Origin: Candidatus Uhrbacteria bacterium | GTDB lineage: Bacteria > Patescibacteriota > Patescibacteriia > JACQRZ01 | Assembly: GCA_016206175.1 (NCBI GenBank) | Contig: JACQSB010000020.1 | Coordinates: 39,913 to 103,912, forward strand | Reading direction: 5' to 3' | Length of the DNA: 64,000 nucleotides | Part shown: positions 45,094-54,664 of the stretch, in pieces | Numbering within the stretch: position 1 is the stretch's first letter | How the letters are laid out: the number at the start of each line of letters is the position of its first letter | Notes under the pieces: generated by a model | The model's input: the letters and a program-made list of their open reading frames with translations, nothing else | Databases searched by the model: none | Told to the model about the DNA's origin: nothing | Program-made: the position numbers and the translations under genes

Positions 45094-45624
45094 TTATGTA
45101 TTCTCTGTCAAAAAGTGACGAACGTGACCGCGAAACTCGTACATATCCTCCTCCAGCTTGCGGCCTCGACTATATAGCATATCATTGGTGGACTTGCATT
45201 TTACGAAAAGCAAACCGTCTTTTTTTAGCAGGTTATGCAGTTGATTAAAAATTCTTTTTGTTGCCTTGTCAGTGAAGTAGTGAAGACTTAGATGTGCGTA
45301 GATTACATCGAATGAATTAGGCTTGAACTTTAATTGTGAAATATCCTGTCGTACTACCTCTAGGTTTGCGAGTTTCTTTTCTGCTGCCTGCTTTCGTAAT
45401 TGGCGAGGCCCGCTTTCAGAGAAATCTACAGCAATGACATGCAGTCCCTTGCGCGCAAAGAAGAGCGAGTCACGTCCGTTGCCGCAACCTAAATCGAGCA
45501 GGGTTTGATATTTTCCCTGCTTGATTACATGGTACGCCCTGATGGCAAAATTGTTCGGAGGGGATTTACTTGGCATTTTTTTCCACTTTGTTTGCCACAA
45601 TTTCTTTTGATCCATAGTAGACAA
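45094..45624 (-). CDS. class I SAM-dependent methyltransferase
   Basis: Motif I LLDLGCGNGRDSLFFARKG, followed by VIAVDFS. Confidence 0.8.
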   Translation of the reverse strand: MSTMDQKKLWQTKWKKMPSKSPPNNFAIRAYHVIKQGKYQTLLDLGCGNGRDSLFFARKGLHVIAVDFSESGPRQLRKQAAEKKLANLEVVRQDISQLKFKPNSFDVIYAHLSLHYFTDKATKRIFNQLHNLLKKDGLLFVKCKSTNDMLYSRGRKLEEDMYEFRGHVRHFLTENT

Positions 45625-45837
45625 AAATAGGGAGGTCTAAATGTCGGATAACGTTTGCGTATAGCAGAAGTTTGACTTATTTCTTGGCGAGATGCAACCG
45701 AGCGATCCAGATACATACTGTTAGTCGACCTGATCGTAACGTAAGTGTTCTTTTGGTAAGATACGGAATATGGTAGAGTATAGGAACTTGTTTGTTTTAT
45801 AACGGAACTCGTCTTGCACGCAATGATAGAGCTACAA

Positions 45838-46791
45838 ATGTCAAAGATCGCTCCTCGCATCATATTCATGGGCACGCCGGAATATGCGGTCCCATATCTT
45901 GAGGGGTTGATTGCATCCGGCTTGAAGCCGGAGGCAGTCATCTCGCAGCCGGACCGCCCAGTCGGACGAAAACAAACGATAGAACCGACGCCCGTAAAGA
46001 TGGCTGCTTTGAAATATGGCATTCCTGTGCTACAACCAGAAAATCTGCGCGATCATGAATGGATTGAAAAAATACATTCACTGAAACCCGATGTAATCGT
46101 TGTGGTAGCCTTTGGACAAATCATACCAAAATCGCTACTCGCAATCCCACCAAGGGGGTGTGTGAATGTCCATCCGTCATTGCTTCCGTACCATCGCGGC
46201 CCTTCCCCGCTCCAAGAGGCCATCTTGCGAGGTGACACGAATGGTGGTGTAACGATTATGCTGATGGATGAGAAAGTAGACCATGGTCCTCTCTTGCACC
46301 AAGCATCATTTCCGATCGACGCAAATGAAACCTATGAAACGCTTCGAGAAAAAACAACCTCTTGTGGCGTTCCGCTTTTGACCGCCACTCTACGCGACTG
46401 GCTTGTAGAGAAGATAACGCCGCAGATGCAAGATGACGATGAAGCGACGTTTAGCAGATTGCTGACACGTGATTCCGGCAAGATCAGCTGGGAGCTGTCG
46501 AGTGACGATATCGAGCGATCAGTACGCGCGCTCAACCCGTGGCCCGGCACATGGACAACCTGCAAAGACAAACGCGTAAAGATACTAGAAGCCTATTCCA
46601 TTCCAACAATGATATCTGATCATGAACGAGGGACCCTGTTTCAAACCACAGACAAACAAAATCAACTGTTCATCGCCTGTGGCATTGGTACCCTTTCAAT
46701 CTCACGGCTACAGCTGGAAGGAAAAAAAGTTTTGTCTGCAAAAGACTTCATTGCAGGACACCAAGGATTGATCGGATCAACCTGTGTTTGA
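45838..46791 (+). CDS. fmt: methionyl-tRNA formyltransferase
   Basis: IIFMGTPEYAV, the HPSLLPYHRGPSPLQ motif, and a C-terminal Fmt domain. First ATG 45838 is used, because the track ORF opens at TTG 45814. Confidence 0.92.
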   Translation: MSKIAPRIIFMGTPEYAVPYLEGLIASGLKPEAVISQPDRPVGRKQTIEPTPVKMAALKYGIPVLQPENLRDHEWIEKIHSLKPDVIVVVAFGQIIPKSLLAIPPRGCVNVHPSLLPYHRGPSPLQEAILRGDTNGGVTIMLMDEKVDHGPLLHQASFPIDANETYETLREKTTSCGVPLLTATLRDWLVEKITPQMQDDDEATFSRLLTRDSGKISWELSSDDIERSVRALNPWPGTWTTCKDKRVKILEAYSIPTMISDHERGTLFQTTDKQNQLFIACGIGTLSISRLQLEGKKVLSAKDFIAGHQGLIGSTCV

Positions 46792-46793
46792 TG

Positions 46794-49247
46794 CTAGTGC
46801 TTCGTTTCTCCCAAACGTTCAACTATGATTGCCGCAATGATAACGATCCCGATTCCAAGCGGATGGTTGAGATAAGGTGTAAAGATGTGTGTGACGGCCA
46901 AAGCAAAAAGTCCCATTGAGACACCCAGTGAAAGGGCTGACTCCCAAAACTGTTTTTGTGCTTTTAGGCGATGTGACAACGAAAGACCATACCAGATAAT
47001 TGTCAAAAGAAAAGCGACATATACTGCGATTCCTGCAAAGCCAAGTTTTATCCAGATATCGAGATACCCCCATTCAAAAGCAAAGGTAGTATAGCGTGCC
47101 GACACACCTTGTTGCGCTACTCGAGGATCGCTGCTTTCATACGTGACAGTTTTCCCGAAGCCGTATCCACTAAGTGGGTTATGTCGGATTTCTGTCAGTA
47201 GGACTGGAAGGAGCTGCCAGCGACTTGCTGCCGCAGCTTCTTCGTCGACATCGCTGACACGCTCCTGTACCGACCGGAAATCAAAGATCCCCGATGTTGT
47301 CGGAAATGGAATGCTGGATATGATCACGAGCAACAGCAAACCGAAAGCAGCACTCGCAAATAAGGTAATAAAAAATCCCGTAAGCGCTTTGCGCGATACA
47401 CGATTCACGATAGCCCATCCAATCATGGCGATACCAGTAGCAATCCCTGCAACCCAAATGCTTCGAGAAAAACTTACGATAAGCGATGCCGCAAGAACAC
47501 CCGCAAACACAAGCAACGATCGATGAACAGTGAAACCGCGCATGAGAGCAGTATGCATCGTTTCTTTACGCTCATCGCACTGCCGTATGAAATATACCAA
47601 TGCAAATGCTGCCAGACAGACAAATCCGGCAAGAGCAAAAATCTGGCTTTGAAAAAATACACGTGTCATCATCGATGGAAGCGCGGTAATCTCACCAACT
47701 CCGGTATTCCTAATCCAGTGATACCACGGTGTTAATATCACTTCCGTAAATCCTTGATGCCCCATGATGTAAAATGTGAGAAATACTTTTACTGTCTGTG
47801 CTGTCAGGGCTGCTGCTATCAATGCTGTGAGTACTTGAAGAGAAGAGCGGCTTTGGAAGGCATCATACAACGAGACCGCCACGAGAAAAAAAATCCATGC
47901 ATTGCCATCGCTGATGATTATCTTTACTGGATTGCCGAGAATCGTGCCGGTGACAAATCCGTAGATGATGACAGCGGCAAGCGCGACATGCCACCAACGG
48001 AATCTTGAGCGGATGATCGACGGCCATGAAAACATTTTTTTTGCGCGGATGGATACGACAGTATCACGTATGAAATGGATGCCCCATGCGAGCAGTACGG
48101 CAGAAAATAGTGCCATTCGTATCGGAAAACGCCAATCCCAAGAATCGATTGAAAATAAATAGCCTTTTGAACCGATAATTAATTCGGCTATGAGGATTCC
48201 CGCGCCAACATCGAGACGCCATAAAGCAAGGATTGTGGCAGAAACAGAAATGATTCCGAAAGCTAAGAGAGCTGGAATCACATCAGCGTATACGAGAAGT
48301 GAAAAAAGTTCGGCAGCACCGATTGCAAGAAACGTCACGGCAAATACTCGCATGTCAAACAGAGAATCATCTCCTTTTTTTGGAGTGCTTGCACGCAAAG
48401 ATAAGAGGAAGGATGCTGCTGCTGTATAAGAACAGAATAGTTCGGATACGGCGCGAGCGAATACGTCGTGAGAGTAATGCTTATTGAGATATGCCCGAGC
48501 GCTCGTATAAAAATTTTTTTGCCGCGTTAAGAGATCTTGTTTCTTGAAACTCTTCGCCTGATGGTGGAGAATCGTAGCATCAGCAACATACACGATTTTG
48601 TATCCAGCTTCTTGTATGCGCTTGCACAGATCAACTTCTTCAAACCAAATAAAAAACCGTTCGTCGAATACTCCGACAGCATCAAGCGTTGCTTTGCGTA
48701 CCATGAGGCACGCGCCCATTGGTTGGTCAACTTCCTGCGTACGGGAATAGTCGAAATCTTTTGCAAAATAATTTCGCAGGGCAGGAAAGAGCGGCAATAC
48801 TCGATCAAGCTTAAAAAAAATCGCCAGGAGCGCAGCCGGGGTTGGAAAGCGACGGATAGATCGCTGCATACTGCCATCCGGATATGTAATCCGTGGCGCG
48901 ACCAATGCCGTACCACGGTTTGAATCAAGATAGTCAACGAGCGTTTGCAGTGCGTTTTTGTTCACTTCGGTATCCGGATTCAAGAAGCAAATATACTCAC
49001 CCTGTGCTATCTGAATTCCCTGATTACAGGCTGCGCCAAATCCACGATTCTCTGCGTTGGCAATAAGGACTATATCAGGAAAACGAGACTTTACTATTTC
49101 AACAGTACCGTCGGATGAGGCATTATCAATGACAATGACTTCTAACGGTAACGCCGACGACCGAATAGCAAAAATAGAGGCCAGGCATTGCTCGAGCTGT
49201 TTTGCGACATTCCAAGAAACAATAATGATGGAAAGTTTTACGACCAT
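46794..49247 (-). CDS. fusion of a GT2 glycosyltransferase with a large polytopic O-antigen-ligase/polymerase-like membrane domain
   Basis: N-terminal GT2 (IIIVSWN, VIVIDNASSDGT, DxD-type NPDTEV), then more than 10 TM helices with a Wzy_C-like loop (LSGYGFGKT). Confidence 0.75.
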   Translation of the reverse strand: MVVKLSIIIVSWNVAKQLEQCLASIFAIRSSALPLEVIVIDNASSDGTVEIVKSRFPDIVLIANAENRGFGAACNQGIQIAQGEYICFLNPDTEVNKNALQTLVDYLDSNRGTALVAPRITYPDGSMQRSIRRFPTPAALLAIFFKLDRVLPLFPALRNYFAKDFDYSRTQEVDQPMGACLMVRKATLDAVGVFDERFFIWFEEVDLCKRIQEAGYKIVYVADATILHHQAKSFKKQDLLTRQKNFYTSARAYLNKHYSHDVFARAVSELFCSYTAAASFLLSLRASTPKKGDDSLFDMRVFAVTFLAIGAAELFSLLVYADVIPALLAFGIISVSATILALWRLDVGAGILIAELIIGSKGYLFSIDSWDWRFPIRMALFSAVLLAWGIHFIRDTVVSIRAKKMFSWPSIIRSRFRWWHVALAAVIIYGFVTGTILGNPVKIIISDGNAWIFFLVAVSLYDAFQSRSSLQVLTALIAAALTAQTVKVFLTFYIMGHQGFTEVILTPWYHWIRNTGVGEITALPSMMTRVFFQSQIFALAGFVCLAAFALVYFIRQCDERKETMHTALMRGFTVHRSLLVFAGVLAASLIVSFSRSIWVAGIATGIAMIGWAIVNRVSRKALTGFFITLFASAAFGLLLLVIISSIPFPTTSGIFDFRSVQERVSDVDEEAAAASRWQLLPVLLTEIRHNPLSGYGFGKTVTYESSDPRVAQQGVSARYTTFAFEWGYLDIWIKLGFAGIAVYVAFLLTIIWYGLSLSHRLKAQKQFWESALSLGVSMGLFALAVTHIFTPYLNHPLGIGIVIIAAIIVERLGETKH

Positions 49248-49264
49248 TGTGTATAGTGTCTGCT

Positions 49265-49984
49265 ATGCATACAGATATACCAAAAATAATGCTAATCAAC
49301 AAACCCCGCGGACCGACGTCTCATGATATAGTAAATATAATACGCCGCACAACCGGTGTGCGCCGAGTCGGACATGCCGGTACGCTTGATCCGTTTGCTG
49401 AAGGTCTCTTGATAATTCTTGTTGGACGCGAATCAACAAAACAGCAACAACAGTTTCTCGGGATGGACAAAGAATATGAAGCGGTCATTCACCTCGGTGC
49501 GACCAGCACGACTGAAGATGTAACGGGCATCATTACACCGACAGAAGTCTCAAACTTCGCATTGTCATCCCGAACGAAGGCGGGCGAAGTCAAGGGATCT
49601 ACGCAGAATAATAGGCAACGCGGATTCCTTGCTATCGCTCGGAATGACATTAAAAAAATAATCTCATCGTTCATCGGTAACTACGACCAAATGCCGCCGG
49701 CGTTCAGCGCAAAAAAAATAAATGGCAAAAAAGCGTATGAGCTCGCGAGGAAAGGGATTGCTCCGGCGTTACAGCCGAAACGCGTGACGATCCATTCTCT
49801 GGAGATCCTTGACTACCATTGGCCGCTGCTGACCATCCGTTGTACCGTCTCAAGCGGTACGTATATTCGCGCGCTTGCCCGTGACATAGGCGAGAAACTC
49901 GAATGCGGGGCGTACGTGAAAAAATTGACACGTACCTCGATCGGTCCGTATTCTCTCCAAGACAAAGAGGTTATCAACCTATAG
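49265..49984 (+). CDS. truB: tRNA pseudouridine(55) synthase TruB (no PUA domain; carries a ~28-aa insertion)
   Basis: GHAGTLDPFAEGLL with the catalytic Asp, QMPPAFSAKKINGKKAYE, and GTYIRALARD. Confidence 0.88.
   Translation: MHTDIPKIMLINKPRGPTSHDIVNIIRRTTGVRRVGHAGTLDPFAEGLLIILVGRESTKQQQQFLGMDKEYEAVIHLGATSTTEDVTGIITPTEVSNFALSSRTKAGEVKGSTQNNRQRGFLAIARNDIKKIISSFIGNYDQMPPAFSAKKINGKKAYELARKGIAPALQPKRVTIHSLEILDYHWPLLTIRCTVSSGTYIRALARDIGEKLECGAYVKKLTRTSIGPYSLQDKEVINL
49564..49648. repeat. 85-bp imperfect palindromic element inside truB
   Basis: The termini GTCATCCCGAACG (49564-49576) and CGCTCGGAATGAC (49636-49648) are inverted repeats (11/13). The inner AAGGGATC / GATTCCTT also pair. Encodes the extra peptide SSRTKAGEVKGSTQNNRQRGFLAIARN. 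Confidence 0.5.
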
Positions 49985-50692
49985 ATTATGCTTTTTTTGG
50001 ACTATACATTTCCATTGTTCGTAGCGTTCCGCTGACGGAATATGGATGCCAAGTTTTTTAAGTGGCAGGCGATACACCAACGACGGTAGCCAAGCGCTCG
50101 CAGTGGCACGGTGCTGCCTCACGGTAAAAAGAACTTCGGGCACATAGATGCCGTAGGAGCCTTTCTCCATCATGGTAAGCCATACATCCCAGTCGTTAAA
50201 CTTTTCGATTTTCGGATCAAACCCCGGGAACCGTTCACGACGGATCAAGGCGGATGTATGAATATAGTTCATGCCTCGAAGCCGTTCTTTGTCATAAGGA
50301 AAGCTGCGAAATTCTTTCCACCCCCACCGGAACGATGAATAGGCAAATGCGCGATCGGGATTTGCTTGCAGTGCAGCGAAAAGTTTTTCAAGCATATTCG
50401 GACGCATCACGGCAGCAGCGTCCAAAAAAATGACGTACTCCCCTTTTGAAGCAGCAAACCCGTTATTGCGAGCCGCGCATCTCCCGGCATGTTCTTGCTT
50501 GATGATTGTAAGGCGATCCCTGTATTGCTCAAGGATGCACGCCGTATTATCCGTAGATCCGTCATCGACGACGATAATCTCGATATCTTTCATACTTTGT
50601 GAAAGTGTTGCATCGAGTGTTGCCGAAAGCTGTTTTGCGCTGTTGTAGGAGGGTATAATGATTGAAATCATGGGATCAGGGTATAGGGTCAA
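49979..50692 (-). CDS. GT2-family glycosyltransferase
   Basis: ISIIIPSYNS, IIVVDDGSTDNT, and the DAA (DxD-like) block. Confidence 0.85.
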   Translation of the reverse strand: MTLYPDPMISIIIPSYNSAKQLSATLDATLSQSMKDIEIIVVDDGSTDNTACILEQYRDRLTIIKQEHAGRCAARNNGFAASKGEYVIFLDAAAVMRPNMLEKLFAALQANPDRAFAYSSFRWGWKEFRSFPYDKERLRGMNYIHTSALIRRERFPGFDPKIEKFNDWDVWLTMMEKGSYGIYVPEVLFTVRQHRATASAWLPSLVYRLPLKKLGIHIPSAERYEQWKCIVQKKHNL

Positions 50693-51794
50693 GGAGGCGA
50701 ATCAAATGCTCCGCTTGTACTGACCATTGAAACTGCTGTTCGACACGCTTTTTCCCAAACGATCCGAGTGAAAATGCAAGTCGAGGATCATCGCATAACC
50801 GACGAACCGCTTGTACAATAGCTTCGGTATTCTGCGGTTCGACAAGAAGACCTGTCTTTTCATGGATAACTGCTGACTCTACCCCGCCAGTTCTTGAAGC
50901 GATAACAGGTTTTCCAAATGCATTTGCCTCGAGGTATGTTATGCCAAAACCTTCAACATCACCATTGATATCGTATGGCGTGAGGATTGCAATATCACAC
51001 TTGCGGTACCACTGCCGCACTGCCTCATTCTGGATAGCGCCGGTAAATAATACTCGATCCGATACTCCAACGGTTTGCGCTAAAAGTTCAAGATTACTTC
51101 TTTCAGGACCGTCGCCAACAATCACATAGTAAAAAGGCGGAATGAAGTCACGAAGCTGTGCCAATGCTCGTATAACAAATTCATGTCCTTTGCGTTTCAC
51201 AATCCGAGAAACAGTGAGAAGGATGATTTCTTTTTTTTCGCGCGAGGCACGTACCGTTGTTTCATTTTCTGCAGGAATGATCCAGGGACATGGAAATACG
51301 AAAGCAATGCGGTCCTTTGAAACACCATATTGCTGCACGATCTGCGAAGTATATTCGCTATTTGTAATCACCATTTGCGCGTTATGCAATATCCGTCCAC
51401 ACAACGCTCGTTTACGCGGATGTCGGAGAGGCAGTGCAACATCCATGCCGTGAACTGATACATAATACGGAATGCGCAACAGACGCGCCGCTACTGCCAC
51501 TGCCGTGCCAACCGGCAGCACCTGCCCTGCAATAATAGTTTCAATCCCTTCACGGCGTGCTATTGAAATAATTTTTAAAATCAATGGAGCCCACCGCGGA
51601 AAGAAAAAACGCGATATCATGCGGACGCGAAATATTTTATAGGACGTTTCTATTTCTCTTGTCCCCGACGGCAACAGTGGCGCGCATACCAGTAGCCGTG
51701 AGGCGGGCATATGCTTGCCCAACGATTCCCAGTAATGCGAAATGCCGCCAATCGCCGGGTAGAAATCAAGTGTGACAAGAAGAGTCTTTTTCAT
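50676..51794 (-). CDS. GT4 (GT-B) glycosyltransferase
   Basis: Start moved to ATG 51794 (MKKTLLVTLDFYP), an ATGA overlap with the flippase stop. C-terminal EGFGITYLEANAFGKPVIAS motif. Confidence 0.85.
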   Translation of the reverse strand: MKKTLLVTLDFYPAIGGISHYWESLGKHMPASRLLVCAPLLPSGTREIETSYKIFRVRMISRFFFPRWAPLILKIISIARREGIETIIAGQVLPVGTAVAVAARLLRIPYYVSVHGMDVALPLRHPRKRALCGRILHNAQMVITNSEYTSQIVQQYGVSKDRIAFVFPCPWIIPAENETTVRASREKKEIILLTVSRIVKRKGHEFVIRALAQLRDFIPPFYYVIVGDGPERSNLELLAQTVGVSDRVLFTGAIQNEAVRQWYRKCDIAILTPYDINGDVEGFGITYLEANAFGKPVIASRTGGVESAVIHEKTGLLVEPQNTEAIVQAVRRLCDDPRLAFSLGSFGKKRVEQQFQWSVQAEHLIRLLDPIP

Positions 51795-53227
51795 TGCTTT
51801 TTTCCCCGAATCAACCCTGAAATATCTATAATCGATACGACTCTCAATGCGAAGACTCCTATCGCATAGATTCCAATTCCAACCACTATCAGTAAGAGAG
51901 TTGGCAGCTCTGCGCGAAGGAAGTAAATACCTCCGCCCATAAGTGCTGTTGCCAGAATCGATTTTACTAACATGGTACTCATATACTTCCAATGCGATCG
52001 GATATATGGCAATACCATGGTGATACTTGCAAGAAAAATCCATGTATACGTGATTGATGCTGCTAAAGCTGCTCCCCGCTCCTGCAGAAGAGGAATCAAT
52101 ATGATGTTTGCGCTGAGGCTCACTGCAGCGCCGATAGCAAATATAGCTGTATTTATCGCCTGGCGATTCGTTCCGGACAGCAAAGCACCAGGTGGAAACA
52201 TGAGAAATCCAAAAAGAATTCCGGGGATCAATAATTCAAAAACGCGTGCTGTCGGCAAATAACTTTCGTTATACACAAGTAGGACAATACGATCAGAAAG
52301 CAAGTATAACCCCATACAAATTGGCAATGCAATCAAGGCAAGATAGACAATACCGCGCGCGCAAAGCGAGCCGATGCGCTTTTCATCTTTCTGATGCAAT
52401 GAGCTGAAGGCGGGATATAGGCTCGATGACAACGATGCGGGAATAATATTCATCGCCAGCATGACTTTTACGGCCGCAGCATAGATGCCGGCGGAATGTA
52501 CGCTTGCCAAAACAGGCAGCAAACTCATATCAACAAATGTATAGAGCCGTGAAAAAATTGCCGCACCGGCGAATGGCGCTGAAATGATAAGGAGCGTACG
52601 GATCGTCTTCCACTCGGGGGTGAAGGCGATGCAATAGCCGCACCGTCGGATAAGGATGTATAATGAATAAATAAGATTCACGATAGACCCGGCAAGAGTA
52701 GCGAGCAATAAGTAAAATATCGGCAACTGCGCTATCATCATCCAAGCTCCAAGCGCAACCATCGTGGCAACGGCTGCAAATCCTCCGCGAGCCTCAAAAG
52801 TAAGGTTCTGAAATCCGCGTACCGTAAACCAGCCGGCAACGGTAAAGGTATCGAGCAGTGCTATAACGCCCGCTACATAAATCATCGTAATCAATTCTTT
52901 CGGATACCCAAGGAAGTAGGCAAACCCAAGCATTCCGCCGTATACAATCAGTCCCGTCGCGATTCGCAGAAAAAAACATTGGCTTACAAGCGGTGCGGCA
53001 GTTTTGGGGTTACGAGCAGTTTCCCGCGTTAACGCTGATGAGATGCCAAGATCAATAAAAACACTCATCAAGGTGGTAAATGAAAGAGCGCTGCTGTATA
53101 ATCCTTGATCTTGCGGTCCATAATATCTTGCGACTGCGATGAAATAAAATAGGGTGAGCAGTTTTTGCAGCGCAGCCGAAAGGAGGATATAAAACGAATT
53201 TTTCTTCACTCCGATATTTTCGATCAT
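51791..53227 (-). CDS. polysaccharide flippase (Wzx/MOP superfamily)
   Basis: 478 aa with about 12-14 TM helices and an N-terminal LLSAALQKLLTLFYFIAVAR pattern typical of polysaccharide biosynthesis (PST) proteins. Confidence 0.85.
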   Translation of the reverse strand: MIENIGVKKNSFYILLSAALQKLLTLFYFIAVARYYGPQDQGLYSSALSFTTLMSVFIDLGISSALTRETARNPKTAAPLVSQCFFLRIATGLIVYGGMLGFAYFLGYPKELITMIYVAGVIALLDTFTVAGWFTVRGFQNLTFEARGGFAAVATMVALGAWMMIAQLPIFYLLLATLAGSIVNLIYSLYILIRRCGYCIAFTPEWKTIRTLLIISAPFAGAAIFSRLYTFVDMSLLPVLASVHSAGIYAAAVKVMLAMNIIPASLSSSLYPAFSSLHQKDEKRIGSLCARGIVYLALIALPICMGLYLLSDRIVLLVYNESYLPTARVFELLIPGILFGFLMFPPGALLSGTNRQAINTAIFAIGAAVSLSANIILIPLLQERGAALAASITYTWIFLASITMVLPYIRSHWKYMSTMLVKSILATALMGGGIYFLRAELPTLLLIVVGIGIYAIGVFALRVVSIIDISGLIRGKKQ

Positions 53228-53347
53228 TGTGAAAACGATATAAAGGGTGCTCGCTCAAAGCATAAAGCATACTGATTTGAATCTCGCACCCTTTAATCAC
53301 TATCGCATCAAAAAATACAAAAAACAAGACCACTAACATTCACCTGT

Positions 53348-53387
53348 TTAATACAACATGGCTCTGGCGATGAGGCCAGAGCCATGT
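53348..53387 (-). terminator. hairpin terminator after rpsI
   Basis: A perfect 13-bp stem, ACATGGCTCTGGC (53356-53368) with GCCAGAGCCATGT (53375-53387), and a 6-nt loop. T-rich flanks on both strands. Confidence 0.6.
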
Positions 53388-53413
53388 TTTGAGCTTTACG
53401 AATGAAAATGAGC

Positions 53414-53869
53414 TTACCGCTTTGAGAATTGCGGTGCACGACGAGCGCGCTTCAGACCCGGTTTTTTTCTTTCTTTTACCCGAGGATCGCGGGTAAGAAA
53501 TCCTTCCGCCCGCAACGTTTTTCTCAAATCTTGGTTGAGCGCAAGAAGCGCGCGAGAAATGCCATGCCGAACAGCATCTGCCTGTCCACGTACGCCGCCG
53601 CCGATCACCTTTACTGATACATCCAATCCTGCAGCTGTATTTGTAAGCTCCAATGGAGCTTGTACATTTTTCTGCAACTCAAATGTTGGAAAATACTGCG
53701 TGTAATCTTTGCCGTTTACCGTGATTTTGCCGATGCCTTCCGCGATTAATACGCGCGCAATGGCTTCCTTGCGGCGACCAACAGCTCTAAACACCAACGC
53801 TTTACCATCACCCTTCGCCTTGTGCCGTTTCGGTTGCTCTTGTTCACTTTGTGTTTCTTTCGTGGTCAT
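53414..53869 (-). CDS. rpsI: 30S ribosomal protein S9
   Basis: C-terminal GGGVRGQADAVRHGISRAL...RKKPGLKRARRAPQFSKR. Carries a basic/acidic N-terminal extension. Confidence 0.95.
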   Translation of the reverse strand: MTTKETQSEQEQPKRHKAKGDGKALVFRAVGRRKEAIARVLIAEGIGKITVNGKDYTQYFPTFELQKNVQAPLELTNTAAGLDVSVKVIGGGVRGQADAVRHGISRALLALNQDLRKTLRAEGFLTRDPRVKERKKPGLKRARRAPQFSKR

Positions 53870-53875
53870 AATAAA

Positions 53876-54256
53876 TTACTTCTCAATTTTCAAACGTTTC
53901 ATCATCGGTTTTCGGAGTCGCGTCGGAGGAAGCATCTGATACACTGCATGCCATAGCACCCAGTCCGGCCGTTTGCCGAATGCCTCGGATAACTTCTTTG
54001 TTTTCAATCCTCCCGGATATCCGGAATATCGATGATATACCTTTTGCTCGAACTTCTTGCCGGAAAACTTCAGCTCACGTACTCCCTGCACTACCACCTG
54101 ATCCCCCTCATCGAGATACGGCACATAGGTCGGTTTGTGTTTGCCGCGCAGCAAGGTCGCAATGCGTGTAGCCACACGCCCCAATGACTGACCAGACACA
54201 TCGATCTGATGGATCTTCCGTACGACTCCCGCCTGTTTTTTTGATTTCTTTTGCAT
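53876..54256 (-). CDS. rplM: 50S ribosomal protein L13
   Basis: GRVATRIATLLRGKHKP and YHRYSGYPGG blocks. Confidence 0.95.
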   Translation of the reverse strand: MQKKSKKQAGVVRKIHQIDVSGQSLGRVATRIATLLRGKHKPTYVPYLDEGDQVVVQGVRELKFSGKKFEQKVYHRYSGYPGGLKTKKLSEAFGKRPDWVLWHAVYQMLPPTRLRKPMMKRLKIEK

Positions 54257-54261
54257 AACTA

Positions 54262-54627
54262 TTATACAAATTCAATACGGGCAGCGCGCGCGCCATCTCC
54301 TTGTCGCTGTCCCATTTTTACGATCCGCGTATACCCTCCTTTACGATCCGCGTACCTCGGCGCAAGCACATCAAAGGTCTTTCTCACGGCACTGGGCAAT
54401 GGAATATATTTCATCAAATCGCGTGTGACAGCTTGTCGTTGTTTTGTCGTAATACCCATCTTCCCTTTTGTGATAAGGCGCTCAACATACGGTCGGAGCA
54501 CCTTTGCTTTTGCTTCTGTTGTCACCAATTTTTCGTAAATGATAAACTGCGCCGCGAGATTCTTCATAAGAGCAACGCGCGGTCCTCGTTTACGATCAAG
54601 AGTCGATTTTTTCTTTCGGTGACGCAT
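54262..54627 (-). CDS. rplQ: 50S ribosomal protein L17
   Basis: MRHRKKKSTLDR and GGYTRIVKMGQRQGD blocks. Confidence 0.95.
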   Translation of the reverse strand: MRHRKKKSTLDRKRGPRVALMKNLAAQFIIYEKLVTTEAKAKVLRPYVERLITKGKMGITTKQRQAVTRDLMKYIPLPSAVRKTFDVLAPRYADRKGGYTRIVKMGQRQGDGARAARIEFV

Positions 54628-54664
54628 GACTAGAGGTTAAAATGCAGGAATTAGGGGCTAGTAT

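Noticed and set aside
45525-46022. 165-aa minus-strand ORF spanning the methyltransferase/fmt intergenic region
   Set aside because: It overlaps the start of the methyltransferase gene and is antisense to the well-supported fmt 5' end. Its composition is low-complexity and C/S-rich, with no motif.
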